Part shown: positions 51,612 to 62,352 of the stretch, in pieces | Layout of the letters: each line of letters begins with the position of its first letter | Position numbering within the stretch: position 1 is the first letter of the stretch | Assembly (NCBI GenBank): GCA_040770645.1 | Contig: JAXGIS010000005.1 | Location: forward strand, 13,333-77,332 | Direction: 5' to 3' | DNA from: Thermoleophilia bacterium | Lineage (GTDB): Bacteria; Actinomycetota; Thermoleophilia; RBG-16-64-13 | Length of the DNA: 64,000 bases | Notes under the pieces: model-generated | Databases searched by the model: none | Seen by the model: only the letters and a program-made list of their open reading frames with translations | What the model was told of the DNA's origin: nothing | Made by a program: the position numbers and the translations under genes

Positions 51612-54057
51612 GAGTCTGAGCCAAGGTCGCGGCGCCCTCCTCGCTCTGCGCTTCCGCGTACACGTGAAATAGGGGGGTCATCGGCGTCAGGGAGTATTTG
51701 TACCCAGGTTCGGGGGCCCAAAGGTGACCTTCACTCCGTCCACCAGCGAGACACTCCTCGTTTCGGTAGTGCTCCACCGTCAAGCGCATCACGGTACCCT
51801 TGAGGTTCCAGGGACACTCCACAGGTACATGTGCCACATGAGACGGGGATCTCTGCCACCAACTCTGAGAGGCGCTCCACACCGCTCGACACCAACTCCA
51901 AGACCTTACCGAACGCGTAAACGGCGTCCATGCTGGGTGAGAAGCGCGGAAGATGACTCCCCCCGCGGCGTCGCCCGCGAAGATGATGTCGGGCCTGGCT
52001 GCCTCTTCCATCAATGCGGCCGGAGCCACTTTGGTCCGCACCACCCGTGATCCGCTCTCCATGACCAGGTCCGCCACCTGATCCGTAACGTTCAACGGCA
52101 GGGCCACCACTCCCGGACCCAGTTCCCGGCACGCCTGCACGGCAAGGAGAGCCAGCAATACGTCCGGACGTACCACCCGGCCTTGTTCGTCCAGCACCGT
52201 CAGTCTCTCAGCTCCGGCATCGAACATGATGCCGAGGTCGGCTTCCATAGATCTAACCTGGCGGGCGGTGTGCTCGAGCGCGTCACCTGATTCTATGCCG
52301 GCGGTCTTGCGGCGGCTGACCACCAACGCCTCGATCTCGAGTTGGTCTATGAGACTGGAGAGCACGGCACCCGCGGCGGACTGGGCGTAGTCGACGGCCA
52401 CTCGAAGACCGCGTCGGTTGAGGTCGCCCACGCGCCAGCCCTGGAGGCATGCGGCCCGATAACCCTCAACGAGGCGTGCCGGATAGGAGATGGCACCAAT
52501 CTCGTCCAGGAAGGCTCTGCGGAAGTCCTCCCTGTGATAGTAATTCTCGATACTCCGCTCGCGTTTGTTGCTTATGGGCACGCCGGGTGGCTCTGAAAAC
52601 AGGATCTCAACAGCTTCCGCATCCTCCGGACACATGCGCACGTGGATACCCCCAGCCGCATTGCCTCCCTGCAGCATGAAGCGGTTGACGGCCACGGGTA
52701 CTACTTCGAGGTCAAGGACTGAGATGCCCGCCGAGTTCAATCCTGCAATCACGGATCTTTTGAGCACCCTACTGGCGGGGTGACTGTCACGGCTGGTGGC
52801 CACAAAGGACCCCTTGGTCAGGATGGTCCCGTACGACATGGCCAACCGCATGGCCATCTCGGGCGTGATGTCGACATTGACCAGACCCCGCACACCATTC
52901 TGGCCGAATAGAGCACTGGCGCCCTTGGTCTCCCAGATGAGGCTGGAGTTGACGGTGGACCCGGGATCGATAGTCTTGTGGGGGTAGACCTTGACCGCGT
53001 TGCCCACCATCGCGTTCTCGCCGACAGAGCACCGGTCGCCAATGACCGCTCCCTCGGCCACCACAGCATTCTGCCGTATGTCGACCGAGGTACCCAGGAC
53101 GGCGCCGCTCACTCGAGCGCCGGCCGCCACGTACGAGTTGTCGCCGATGACCGAGCCCATCACCGTGGCTCCGCGCTTCACCACCACGTTGTTGCCGAGT
53201 ACGACATGCGGTCCCAGCACCGCACCCGATTCCACACGCGCGTAATTCCCGATCAGGGCCGGCCCGGTGACTTCATCGAGTGAATCCAGCGCTACGCCCT
53301 CCCCCACCCAGATGTTGCCGCGCAGCCTCACGCCGGGGAGTTGGAGTCTGATATGACCGTCGAGAGCATCACGGTTGGCCTGCAGGAACTGCTCCAGACT
53401 GCCGATGTCCTGCCAGTAGCCATCGAGGACGCAGCCGTAGAGAGGCTTGCGCATCTCGAAGAGTTTGGGGAAGAGTTCGTGACTGAAGTCGTAAGGGACG
53501 CCCGCTGGTATGTGGTCCAGCACCTCGGGCTCCATGACGTAGATGCCGGTGTTGATGGTGTCGGAGAAGACCTGGCCCCATCCCGGTTTTTCCAGGAAGC
53601 GCTCGATGCGCCCGTCCTCGTCCACTATGACTACACCGAACTCCAGTGGGTTGTCCACGCTCTTGAGTGCAATGGTGACCATGGCTTCGCGTTGCCGATG
53701 GAAATCGATCACAGTGGAGAGATCGAAGTCGGTCAACGAGTCGCCGGAGATGATCACGAAAGTGTCGTCGAGAACGGAGGCAGCGTTCTTGACCGAGCCC
53801 GCAGTGCCGAGCGGGCTCTCTTCAACGGCATATTCGATGCTCATGCCCAAGGCCGACCCGTCCCCAAAGTGCGCCCGGATCACTTCGGACATGAAGGCGA
53901 CGGTCATGACCACATGTTCAATTCCGTGTCGATGGAGAAGATCGAGTATGTGTTCGGCCGTGGGCTTATTGCCCACGGCCACCATCGGTTTGGGAACGTT
54001 GGAGGTAAGTGGACGGAGTCTCGTCCCCTGACCTCCAGCCATGACGACGGCTTTCAC
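51562..54057 (-). CDS. Bifunctional sugar-1-phosphate nucleotidyltransferase / phosphomannomutase (ManC-like N-terminus, left-handed beta-helix, PGM/PMM C-terminal domains). The frame is broken in the last third.
   Basis: [25 protein letters not shown]. Hexapeptide repeats. PGM active-site region [12 protein letters not shown]. The C-terminal pieces are in two other frames, around 52130-51730. Confidence 0.8.
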   Translation of the reverse strand: MKAVVMAGGQGTRLRPLTSNVPKPMVAVGNKPTAEHILDLLHRHGIEHVVMTVAFMSEVIRAHFGDGSALGMSIEYAVEESPLGTAGSVKNAASVLDDTFVIISGDSLTDFDLSTVIDFHRQREAMVTIALKSVDNPLEFGVVIVDEDGRIERFLEKPGWGQVFSDTINTGIYVMEPEVLDHIPAGVPYDFSHELFPKLFEMRKPLYGCVLDGYWQDIGSLEQFLQANRDALDGHIRLQLPGVRLRGNIWVGEGVALDSLDEVTGPALIGNYARVESGAVLGPHVVLGNNVVVKRGATVMGSVIGDNSYVAAGARVSGAVLGTSVDIRQNAVVAEGAVIGDRCSVGENAMVGNAVKVYPHKTIDPGSTVNSSLIWETKGASALFGQNGVRGLVNVDITPEMAMRLAMSYGTILTKGSFVATSRDSHPASRVLKRSVIAGLNSAGISVLDLEVVPVAVNRFMLQGGNAAGGIHVRMCPEDAEAVEILFSEPPGVPISNKRERSIENYYHREDFRRAFLDEIGAISYPARLVEGYRAACLQGWRVGDLNRRGLRVAVDYAQSAAGAVLSSLIDQLEIEALVVSRRKTAGIESGDALEHTARQVRSMEADLGIMFDAGAERLTVLDEQGRVVRPDVLLALLAVQACRELGPGVVALPLNVTDQVADLVMESGSRVVRTKVAPAALMEEAARPDIIFAGDAAGGVIFRASHPAWTPFTRSVRSWSWCRAVWSASQSWWQRSPSHVAHVPVECPWNLKGTVMRLTVEHYRNEECLAGGRSEGHLWAPEPGYKYSLTPMTPLFHVYAEAQSEEGAATLAQTHAQRLEALIAERSSDE

Positions 54058-54289
54058 TCCGCCCTCCCCTCTCGCGGCACCCTTACTTGACTACTCCTCA
54101 GATTACCCGACTTGGGCGCCGGGGGACACAACCTCGAGGCCGGAAGAGGCAGAAGGCCGGTTCTGACGCCGGCCGGAAGGGCTTGCGGCACGCAAGAACC
54201 ACACATGGAGACACGGTTGGGAACCGTCCGGCGGAGGCGGGTCAGGATGCGGATACAAACAAAGCCCCGCATTTGCAGGGCTTTTCAAG

Positions 54290-54363
54290 TCGGGACGGCC
54301 GGATTTGAACCGGCGACCTTCCGGCCCCCAGCCGGATGCGCTACCAGGCTACGCCACGTCCCG
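54290..54363 (-). tRNA. tRNA-Pro with anticodon GGG. No CCA end is encoded.
   Basis: Folded by hand. Acceptor CGGGACG/CGTCCCG. D-arm GCGT-AGCCTGGTA-GCGC. Anticodon arm TCCGG-CTGGGGG-CCGGA. T-arm GCCGG-TTCAAAT-CCGGC. Discriminator A73. Confidence 0.8.
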
Positions 54364-54450
54364 ACGCAGTGCGCAGTATAGCACGCCGTTGCTCCATTTC
54401 TGGGTGGCGTGTGGCGGGTGGCCGGTTTGCGGTCTTGCCACCCACCCCGC

Positions 54451-55427
54451 TCACTCGGCTTTGGGCCGGCGGCCCATAAGGTCCTGCACGGCTTGGCGGA
54501 TCTCTTTACCCTCATAGATCAGGGCCACGACATTCTCCGTGATGGGCATGTCGCAACCCAGATCGCGGGCCAAGCCCCACACCGCCGGTGCGGCCGTCAA
54601 GCCTTCTGCAACCATGCCCATCTGCAACTCGATCTCACCTGGTGAGTGTCCCTTGGCCAAGAGCTCCCCGGCCAACCGATTGCGGGAGTGCCTCGAAGTG
54701 CACGTGGCCACGAGATCACCCATTCCGGCAAGCCCGGAGAAGGTGGCCTGATCTGCGCCCACCGCACCCCAGCCTGGCCATCTCGGCGAGACCACGGGTC
54801 ATGAGTGCTGCCCAGGTGTTATCTCCGAAACCGAGACCGTCGGCGGCTCCCGTGGCCCAGCGCAATCACGTTCTTGACCGATGCTGCGATCTCGACTCCC
54901 ACCAGGTCGGTGTTGACGTAGGCCCGGAACCGCTCGTCACTCACCAGCTCTTGCAGTTCACGCAAACTGGATGTCGCGCGAAGCCGCGACTGTGGCCGTG
55001 GGCATATCCAGCGATACCTCTTCTGCATGATTCGGCCCCGAGAGGACGGCCACCCTCGGGGATAAGCCCTCCATGCCTTCCTCCAACACCACGCTCAAGC
55101 GGCGCAGGGTTCCCGGTTCCAGACCTTTGGTGAGACTGAGTATGCCGACGCCGTGAGCGAGTCGAATCGCAGCGACTCCACGGTGGCGGCGTGGGCTCGG
55201 CTGGGTATCGCCAGCACCACGAGGTTGGACTGCGAGAAATCGAATGCATTATATGTATCGATGCGGAGCGATGGGGGCAGTGCCACTGTGCGGAGGTACT
55301 CCGGGTTGCGCCTCTGCACGGTCATGAGGTGCGCATGATCGCTTCGGCGCGAGAGCAGCGTGGTGGAGATACCCCGTAAAGCCAAATGGCGGGCGAACGC
55401 CGTCCCCCAACTGCCCGCTCCCACCAC
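54451..55427 (-). CDS. gpsA: Glycerol-3-phosphate dehydrogenase [NAD(P)+]. The frame is broken two or three times.
   Basis: The N-terminus [16 protein letters not shown], the middle [27 protein letters not shown] and the C-terminus [25 protein letters not shown] lie in three ORFs. Confidence 0.75.
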
Positions 55428-55590
55428 GCAACTCGCGTACGCCCCTCGGTCCCCTTCGGGGTGGGGGCGGCATTTAGCGTCAACTGGATCCCACGGGGTG
55501 CGACACGTTTGGATTCTCTCCTGGGCGCGGGGGTGGAGCGGGGTGGCGTACGGGGTGCGGGCGAACCGGTGGCAGAAGCCTGTGAGTCCG

Positions 55591-56304
55591 TCACTTCCGG
55601 CGGGGCCGTGTCCGGGGCGGGGGCATCCACCGTTGCGCGGTGGCATTGCCTGCCGCCCCCGAAGTCTCTTCGTTGTCTGCCCCGTCGCCAGGCCGTTTTG
55701 TCTTCCACGGCCACTCCAGCCGTGGCTCCTTACCTGTAACGATGCGCTTCAGGTTCCCGCGATGGGCATAGAAGATGATGATTGCAGCGCAGAATGATAA
55801 CGCCATGTACGGCCAAGGCTGCCTACCCACCAATGTGGTAGCCACGAACACCAGCGTGGCGAACAGCGATCCCACCGATACGATTCTGGTGAGGAGGATC
55901 ATCACGGTGAAGCCGAGGACGACGATCAGGCTGCTGACCGGCATGAGGCCGATGATGACGCCTGCAGTGGTGGCGATACCCTTCCCTCCCCTCCCCCGCA
56001 GGAAGACGGACCAGTTGTGGCCGACTATGGCTGCCAGGCCCACTCCCACGCTGGCCAGAGGGCCGAAAGCGAGCCAGCGGCACACCAGGATGGGAAGCAA
56101 CCCCTTCAGTATGTCGCTCACAAGCACAACGATTCCCAGCTTCACGCCCAGCACGCGGAAGGCATTCGTGGTGCCGGGGTTGCCGCTGCCGTGCTCACGA
56201 ACGTCAATATGCCTGACGAGCTTGCCCAGGAAGACGCTGGGTGAGACTGAGCCAAGGAGGTAGGAGCCAACCACGACGCCCGCGATCAGCCACGGATTCG
56301 CCAT
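55591..56304 (-). CDS. plsY: Glycerol-3-phosphate acyltransferase PlsY.
   Basis: GSGNPGTTNAFRVLG...IVGHNWSVFLRGRGGKG. The 3' end of the ORF probably runs past the true stop. Confidence 0.85.
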   Translation of the reverse strand: MANPWLIAGVVVGSYLLGSVSPSVFLGKLVRHIDVREHGSGNPGTTNAFRVLGVKLGIVVLVSDILKGLLPILVCRWLAFGPLASVGVGLAAIVGHNWSVFLRGRGGKGIATTAGVIIGLMPVSSLIVVLGFTVMILLTRIVSVGSLFATLVFVATTLVGRQPWPYMALSFCAAIIIFYAHRGNLKRIVTGKEPRLEWPWKTKRPGDGADNEETSGAAGNATAQRWMPPPRTRPRRK

Positions 56305-57620
56305 GAGTATCGCTCCTCCTTCCCCTGGAAATCAACGATCACAGGAATCCCGGCAAGCCCGAACTCTTGGCGGAGCCGGTTCTCAAAATAATACGCGAAT
56401 GACCGCGTGATAAGGGCGCGGCTGTTGACCATGGCTTTGAAACGTGGAGGGCAAGCGTCGTACTGGACCACGTAGAAGACCTTGAGGCTCTTGCCGGACC
56501 GCTGTGGGAATGCCGTCCGCGATCGAAGGGCTCGTAGCCACTGGTTCAGAGCCGGGGTGGGAATCCGCATGCTGTAGCGCTCATAGAGGTCCATGACCAG
56601 GGGAAGCACACGAGCGAGGTTCTTCCCCGTGAGGCAGGATATGGTCAGGCAGGGCGGGCGCATCTGCACCTTGGTCGCCACTCGCTCGATGGCCTTCTCC
56701 AGATCCATGTCGGCCACGTCCCATTTATTGAAGAGCATCGCTGTGGCGCAACCTGCACGTTGCACCTCATAGGCCACTTGAAGATCGAGATCCACAAGTC
56801 CCTCCGAGGCATCCACCATCACCAACGCTACGTCCGATCGCCGAAGAGCGTTCATGGTGCGCACGGAACTGTAGTACTCGAGAGACTCGCCTGTGCGCCG
56901 CGACGGGCGGCGGAGGCCGGCAGTGTCGACCAAGTTGATGGGTCGGCCTCGGAAGAGCAACGATGTGTCGATGGCATCGCGCGTGGTGCCCGGGATGGGC
57001 GAGACGATGACGCGCTCACTGCCCAAGAGCGCGTTCAGCAACGAACTCTTGCCTACGTTGGGTCTTCCCACGATGGCCACGTTTATAGGTTCCTGGGTGG
57101 GGGCGGCTTGTTCCGAGGCCTCGGGAAGAGCCGCGACCACCAGATCCAGAAGATCGCCCAGTCCAAGCCCGTGTTCGGCCGAAATGGCGAGGGGCTCACC
57201 TAGGCCCAGCTCCCAGAACTCGTGGATACGCTCGGCGGCCGAATGGGCATCTATCTTGTTGACGGCCAGCACCACGGGGGTGGACGTGCGCCGCAGAGTC
57301 TTGGCGATCTCGACTTCATCCGGGCCCACCCCAATACGACCATCTACGAGGAACACCACCACGTCTGCTTCGTCTATGGCGGCGGCCGCTTGCGCGCGCA
57401 CAAGATCAGCCATAAGCTCAGTTGAGCGCGTGTCTATGCCGCCGGTGTCCACCACGAGGAACTCGCGTCCACCCCATTCAGCCACACCTTCTTTGCGGTC
57501 ACGTGTCACCCCGGACTCGGGAGCCACCACGGCTTCTCTGGTTCCGGTGAGGCGATTGAAGAGTGTGGACTTCCCTACGTTGGGATAACCTGCGATGACG
57601 ACTCGAGGCAGCGTTGTCAT
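56286..57620 (-). CDS. der: Ribosome-biogenesis GTPase Der (EngA).
   Basis: Two G domains (GYPNVGKSTL, GRPNVGKSSL) and a KH-like C-terminus. Confidence 0.9.
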   Translation of the reverse strand: MTTLPRVVIAGYPNVGKSTLFNRLTGTREAVVAPESGVTRDRKEGVAEWGGREFLVVDTGGIDTRSTELMADLVRAQAAAAIDEADVVVFLVDGRIGVGPDEVEIAKTLRRTSTPVVLAVNKIDAHSAAERIHEFWELGLGEPLAISAEHGLGLGDLLDLVVAALPEASEQAAPTQEPINVAIVGRPNVGKSSLLNALLGSERVIVSPIPGTTRDAIDTSLLFRGRPINLVDTAGLRRPSRRTGESLEYYSSVRTMNALRRSDVALVMVDASEGLVDLDLQVAYEVQRAGCATAMLFNKWDVADMDLEKAIERVATKVQMRPPCLTISCLTGKNLARVLPLVMDLYERYSMRIPTPALNQWLRALRSRTAFPQRSGKSLKVFYVVQYDACPPRFKAMVNSRALITRSFAYYFENRLRQEFGLAGIPVIVDFQGKEERYSWRIRG

Positions 57621-58525
57621 GTGCCGGGCTTTCTTGGGGCGTCATGATCCGACTGCTGGGCGATTTGGCGGATGCGCGCCGCAACAGCCTCAATTTGATC
57701 CGGTGGCGTAGACGCTCCCGCAGTAATGCCTACCGAGTTGGCGTTATGCAGCCACTCCGCTTGGATCTCCGCTGCAGCTTCCACGTGGAAGGTGCGCGGT
57801 TGGACCGCAGCGCACAGTTCAGCCAGGCGGGTGGTGTTGCCGGAATTGCGGCCGCCGATCACAATGACTACGTCTACGGACTTGGCAGTGGAGACGGCGG
57901 AGGTCTGACGTTGCTCGGTGGCGCTGCAAATGGTGTTGAACACCTGTAACTCGCGCACGCGCGGGGCAAGCGCGGCTACGAGCGCCGCCAAGCGCTCGGG
58001 GGGTTGTGTGGTCTGTACCACCACCCCCACCTTGGACCGTACGATCTCCGCCGGTAGGTCCTCGGGGCCCTCCACCACCAAAGCATCGCGGCCCGCGTAT
58101 GAGCGGATGCCCATGACTTCCGGATGTTCCGGCTCCCCCAAGATGACAACGAGGTAGCCCTGGTCACGTAATCGCTTGGCCTTCTCCTGTGCCGACTTGA
58201 CGAAGGTGCACGTTGCGTCTACCAGATTCACCGCCCGGGCAGCCAGAGCATCGGTTACTTCGTGTTCGACACCGTGCGAACGAATGATGACAGTTCCCCC
58301 GTTTACTTCCGCCGGGTTGTCGATCACGGCGATCCCCTGGCGGGCGAGGTCTTCGATGACGCCGGGGTTGTGGATCAGCGGCCCCAGACTGCGCACCGGC
58401 GCCGGCGCGGACTCCGCCGCGCGCCGTGCGATCTCGAGTGCCCTCTCGACACCCCAGCAGAAGCCGGCATGCTCGGATACTCTGATGTCCACGGACTTCA
58501 CCTGCTCTGCCCCCGGATCGCTCAT
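57617..58525 (-). CDS. ispH: 4-hydroxy-3-methylbut-2-enyl diphosphate reductase.
   Basis: HAGFCWGVERAL. Cys ligands CTFV and ICSAT. The ATG at 58525 overlaps the plsC stop as ATGA. The ORF-track N-terminal 140 aa is read-through. Confidence 0.85.
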   Translation of the reverse strand: MSDPGAEQVKSVDIRVSEHAGFCWGVERALEIARRAAESAPAPVRSLGPLIHNPGVIEDLARQGIAVIDNPAEVNGGTVIIRSHGVEHEVTDALAARAVNLVDATCTFVKSAQEKAKRLRDQGYLVVILGEPEHPEVMGIRSYAGRDALVVEGPEDLPAEIVRSKVGVVVQTTQPPERLAALVAALAPRVRELQVFNTICSATEQRQTSAVSTAKSVDVVIVIGGRNSGNTTRLAELCAAVQPRTFHVEAAAEIQAEWLHNANSVGITAGASTPPDQIEAVAARIRQIAQQSDHDAPRKPGT

Positions 58526-59169
58526 CGCCCGGACTCCAGCGGTTGCCATTCCTGTCCCAACAGGGAAGCGAGGGCGAGCATGATCCGCCGGCTGATGACG
58601 CGGTTGCGCTCTGATTTGGTCACTCCTGCCACGTCGGTGCTGACGGGAGGCCCGAATTTCACTGTGACGCGGGGGAAGAGACGTCGTTGGGGTCCGGACA
58701 GGCGGTTGGTCCCCGTGATGACCACCGGAATGGTCACCACGCCGGGGCGGGAGGAGAACAACCCCACCCCGGGTGCGGGTTGCCCCAGTCTGCCGCTGCG
58801 CTGACGATGACCCTCGGGGAAGATGCCCAACACAGCGCCCGAGTCCAGGATGTTCAGCCCGGCTCGAACCGATTCCCTGTCCGCCTCGCCTCGTCGCACC
58901 GGGAAGGCTCCCAGCCGCTCCACCAATCGCCCCAGCAGCCTGCTCTTCCAAAGCTCCGATTTTGCCATCCAGTGTATCTGTCTGGGGCAGGCCGCTCCCA
59001 CGAAGATGGGATCCACGTTTGACATGTGGTTACTGGCCACCACCACCGGCCCTTCAGGGGGCACGTGCTCGGTACCTTCCACTTTCATGCCGAAGAGCAT
59101 CCGCAACAATGCGGGCAACCAGAAGCGTATGAAGCGGTAGGCTGGGGTATCCAACGGAGATCTCAGCAC
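58522..59169 (-). CDS. plsC: 1-acyl-sn-glycerol-3-phosphate acyltransferase.
   Basis: The NHxxxxD motif appears as VASNHMSNVDP, and FPEG follows. The start is probably the GTG at 59169, overlapping the cmk stop. Confidence 0.8.
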   Translation of the reverse strand: MLRSPLDTPAYRFIRFWLPALLRMLFGMKVEGTEHVPPEGPVVVASNHMSNVDPIFVGAACPRQIHWMAKSELWKSRLLGRLVERLGAFPVRRGEADRESVRAGLNILDSGAVLGIFPEGHRQRSGRLGQPAPGVGLFSSRPGVVTIPVVITGTNRLSGPQRRLFPRVTVKFGPPVSTDVAGVTKSERNRVISRRIMLALASLLGQEWQPLESGR

Positions 59170-59844
59170 CGCGCTCCCGCCTTTGCTGCCAGCGCACACA
59201 CCCTGCTCACTACCTCATCGATCGTCAGGGCTGTGGTATCGATCTCCCAAGCATCCTGGGCCTTGAGCAACGGCGCCTGCGCGCGCGACGAGTCCAGCGC
59301 GTCGCGGCGCTCTATGTCGCGCTCCACTTCGTCGGGTGCGAGGTTGATGCCCTGTTGTACCAATTGCCCTCGACGCCGTTTGGCCCGCTCCGTCACGGAC
59401 GCGGTGAGAAACACCTTGGTCTCCGCTTGGGGGAACACCACTGTGCCGATATCCCTGCCCTCGAGTACGGCATCGCGACCGTCGGCGGAAGGCGTTGGAT
59501 GGCGGTCATGGCTTGGCGCACCTGGGGATGAGCGGACACCGCAGATACGGCATCGGTCACGGATACAGTGCGTATGTCCTCGCTGGCATCTCGGCCGTCC
59601 ATTTGTACGCGGCTGGCTCTGACCCGTGGGTTCGCCGGCCGGCATCCAGCTGGAGGTTCAGGGAACGAGCCAACTCACCCAAGGTTGAACCGTCGGTGAT
59701 GTCCACGCCTCGCTCCAGGGCGGCGAGCGTAACGGCGCGGTACATGGCCCCGGTATCGATGTAGGTGAACCCGAGGCGCTCAGCAACCAATCTGGCAACC
59801 GTGCTCTTACCTGAACCGGCCGGGCCGTCGATGGCAATGACCAA
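59163..59844 (-). CDS. cmk: Cytidylate kinase. The frame is broken near 59600.
   Basis: TTG start after an AAGGGGTGA RBS gives [17 protein letters not shown]. The C-terminus is in ORF 59163..59645. Confidence 0.8.
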
Positions 59845-59876
59845 CTTTTCACCCCTTCTCGCCGTGCAGCAACGCC

Positions 59877-61200
59877 TCAATGGTAGCAGTGAAGTCCGGA
59901 TAGGAAACCGCCATGCAGGCCGTGTCGTCGATGCTCACCCCCGAACGGGAGGCCAGCCCGGCAACGGCTCCACCATAGCGAGTCGGTGATCGCCTTGTAG
60001 AAGACCTCGGCCGCCCTCCCACGGCTCAGGCGACCATGGATGTCGAGACCGTCCTCGTGTTCCACTACCCTCACGCCCAAAGTACGCAGCAGTTGGGCGG
60101 TGGCGGCCAAGCGGTCACTCTCTTTCACGCAACTCCGCGGCACCGCGCAGCCGGATCGCGCCTTCGGCTCGGGCGGCGGCCAAAGCCCAGACGGGGATCT
60201 CGTCGATCGGTAGCGGGACACGATCGGCAGTGATGTCGGCGGCAGTGAGCAGTCCGTGTGTGGCCGTGATGCTGCCGATGGGCTCGGCGGAGGGGCGCCC
60301 GTCAGCGCACGGACAAATCCGCTCCCATATCCACAGCGCAGAGCATCGAGCAGGCCGGTGCGGGTTGGGTTCAACCCCACGCCCGTCACGGTGAGCTGAG
60401 AGCCGGGGACTAGTAGCGCGGCCACGAGCAGGAACGCCGCCGAGCTGATATCTCCCGGTATAGAAATGGAATCAAAGCACAGGTCTGTGGAAAGAGGAGT
60501 GACGTGGATCACTCCCGGACCCAGCGAGTTCCCTTCGCGTTCTATCTTTCCGCCGGCGAAGCGCACTATCGTCTCGGTGTGGTCGCGGGAAGGACCAGGC
60601 TCCTCTATGAACGTATGGCCATCGGCACGAAGCCCGGCCAAGATGATGCAGGATTTGACCTGCGCCGAGGCCACCTCCATGCGATAGCGAATCCACTTTC
60701 AACCTTCCCCCCTTGATAACCATGGGCGGCAGGCGATCGCCATCGCGACCGGATACGTGGGCTCCCATGAGTCTCAGCGGCTCAATCACGCGGGCCATGG
60801 GCCGACGACGTATGCTCGCGTCTCCAGTGAGTATAGAGAAAGGGACAAGAGGCTAGGATTCCCGGCAGCAGCCGGATCAAAGTCCCCGCATTGGCCACAT
60901 CCACAACGTCCTCGGGCTCACGGAGCCCATCCCAACCCACGCCGTTACCACGAGGCGTTCGTTGGTCGATACCAGCTCTTCAACCGTCACGCCCAGCGCT
61001 CGTACCGCATGGACTGTGGCCATGGTGTCGGCAGAGCGCAGGAAGCCATCCACCACCACGCACCCGCGGCCAGGGCGCCGAGGTATTGCCCGGTGCGACA
61101 CCGGTTGTCCCCCGGAACCCGAACGGTGCCGCGGAGGGCTGAAGGCGCGGGTGCAAATAACCCCTGCCCCTCCGCGCTGGGCGAGGAGGAGCTCGGTCTC
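59877..61200 (-). CDS. aroA: 3-phosphoshikimate 1-carboxyvinyltransferase (EPSP synthase). Several frame breaks.
   Basis: Fragments [46 protein letters not shown] and [28 protein letters not shown] lie in three ORFs. The 5' boundary is approximate. Confidence 0.7.
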
Positions 61201-61212
61201 GGTGCGACCCCA

Positions 61213-62313
61213 TCAATCCACCGCCTGTGCGGCGGGTACGGTGACCGCGGGGAACCCCATGGTCTCCAGAAGGCCGGTCGCGGTGGCTGCGGTAACCTCG
61301 CCGGTGACGTACAAGACCAGATCGCCACCCGCCTTTCTGCTGTAGTGGTGCAGAGTGAGATCCTCGATGTTGATGTCGGCGTTGCCCAGCGTCGTCATGA
61401 CTCGTGAGAGCAGGCCAGGTTCGTCGGGGATGCGAACCGTGATCTGATACAGGGCCGCCGGTTCGCGGTCACCCTTCTGCAACAATTCCTGGCGGTAGGC
61501 CGCTGCCGTGAAAATGGATTCTGCCACGCCCGACTCGTCCTGTCGCTCCAAATCATCGCAAAACTGCTGTATATCGCCCGCAATGGCGCGGAGCGCATCC
61601 ACGAGCGCTTCCCGATTCTCCAGGAAGATCTCGCCCCACATGACCGGATTTGCCCCGGCCACCCGAGTAAGGTCGCGGAAGCTGGGCCCGGCGCAGTACA
61701 AAGCTCGCCTTCCACGATGTTGGAAGCCGCCCACCTCGGACATCATCGCATTGGCCAACACGTGGGGCACGTGACTGATCAGAGCCATGATGCGGTCATG
61801 GGTCTCCGGTTCGATGGTTATGGGTCTGGCACCCAATCGCGAGACGAAGCCGTGCATGATCTCGAATAAGGGGCCGGGCAATTCGGCGGGCGGTGAGAGG
61901 AAGTAAGTGGCTCCCTCGAAGAGGTTGGCGCGCGCGTATCGTACTCCGGCGGTTTCCCCACCACACATGGGATGTCCACCTATGAACCTGGTGCGCGCCT
62001 CCGGGTCCAGCAGGCGCATCACCTGGGTTTTGGTGCTTCCGAGATCCGTGATGAGACGGGGAGTCACCTCGGCGGCCATGCACTCCTTGACCAGCTGAGG
62101 GATACTACGGACGGGTGTGGAGATAACCACCAGGTCGGAACCACTGGCGGCGGCGCTGGCGCTGTCCGCGGCTTCGGTAAGCACGCCGCGGCTCAGGGCT
62201 TCCTCCAGCGCCTGAGGATCGCTGTCGTAGCCCACCACCGTTACTTCCGGCCACTCCTTGTGGGCGGCCAGAGCCAGGCTTCCGCCCATTAGACCTACAC
62301 CGATGACGGCCAG
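61213..62313 (-). CDS. tyrA: Prephenate dehydrogenase TyrA with a C-terminal ACT domain. The start codon is unclear.
   Basis: The Rossmann motif LAVIGVGLMGGSLALA lies upstream of the first ATG (62289), with no in-frame ATG/GTG/TTG before the stop at 62347. The ACT domain is ITVRIPDEPGLLSRV. Confidence 0.8.
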   Translation of the reverse strand: MAVIGVGLMGGSLALAAHKEWPEVTVVGYDSDPQALEEALSRGVLTEAADSASAAASGSDLVVISTPVRSIPQLVKECMAAEVTPRLITDLGSTKTQVMRLLDPEARTRFIGGHPMCGGETAGVRYARANLFEGATYFLSPPAELPGPLFEIMHGFVSRLGARPITIEPETHDRIMALISHVPHVLANAMMSEVGGFQHRGRRALYCAGPSFRDLTRVAGANPVMWGEIFLENREALVDALRAIAGDIQQFCDDLERQDESGVAESIFTAAAYRQELLQKGDREPAALYQITVRIPDEPGLLSRVMTTLGNADINIEDLTLHHYSRKAGGDLVLYVTGEVTAATATGLLETMGFPAVTVPAAQAVD

Positions 62314-62352
62314 GCGGCGGATGGCCGCCGGCCTCTGCTTCTGTCCTCATGG

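Noticed and set aside
53341-54090. A 249-aa plus-strand ORF.
   Set aside because: Antisense to the ManC/ManB fusion gene. No motifs. An artefact.
57617-58951. A 444-aa IspH ORF with a 140-aa Arg/Gly-rich N-terminal extension.
   Set aside because: The extension is read-through over the plsC 3' end. The conserved IspH N-terminus starts at Met 58525, with ATGA coupling to plsC.
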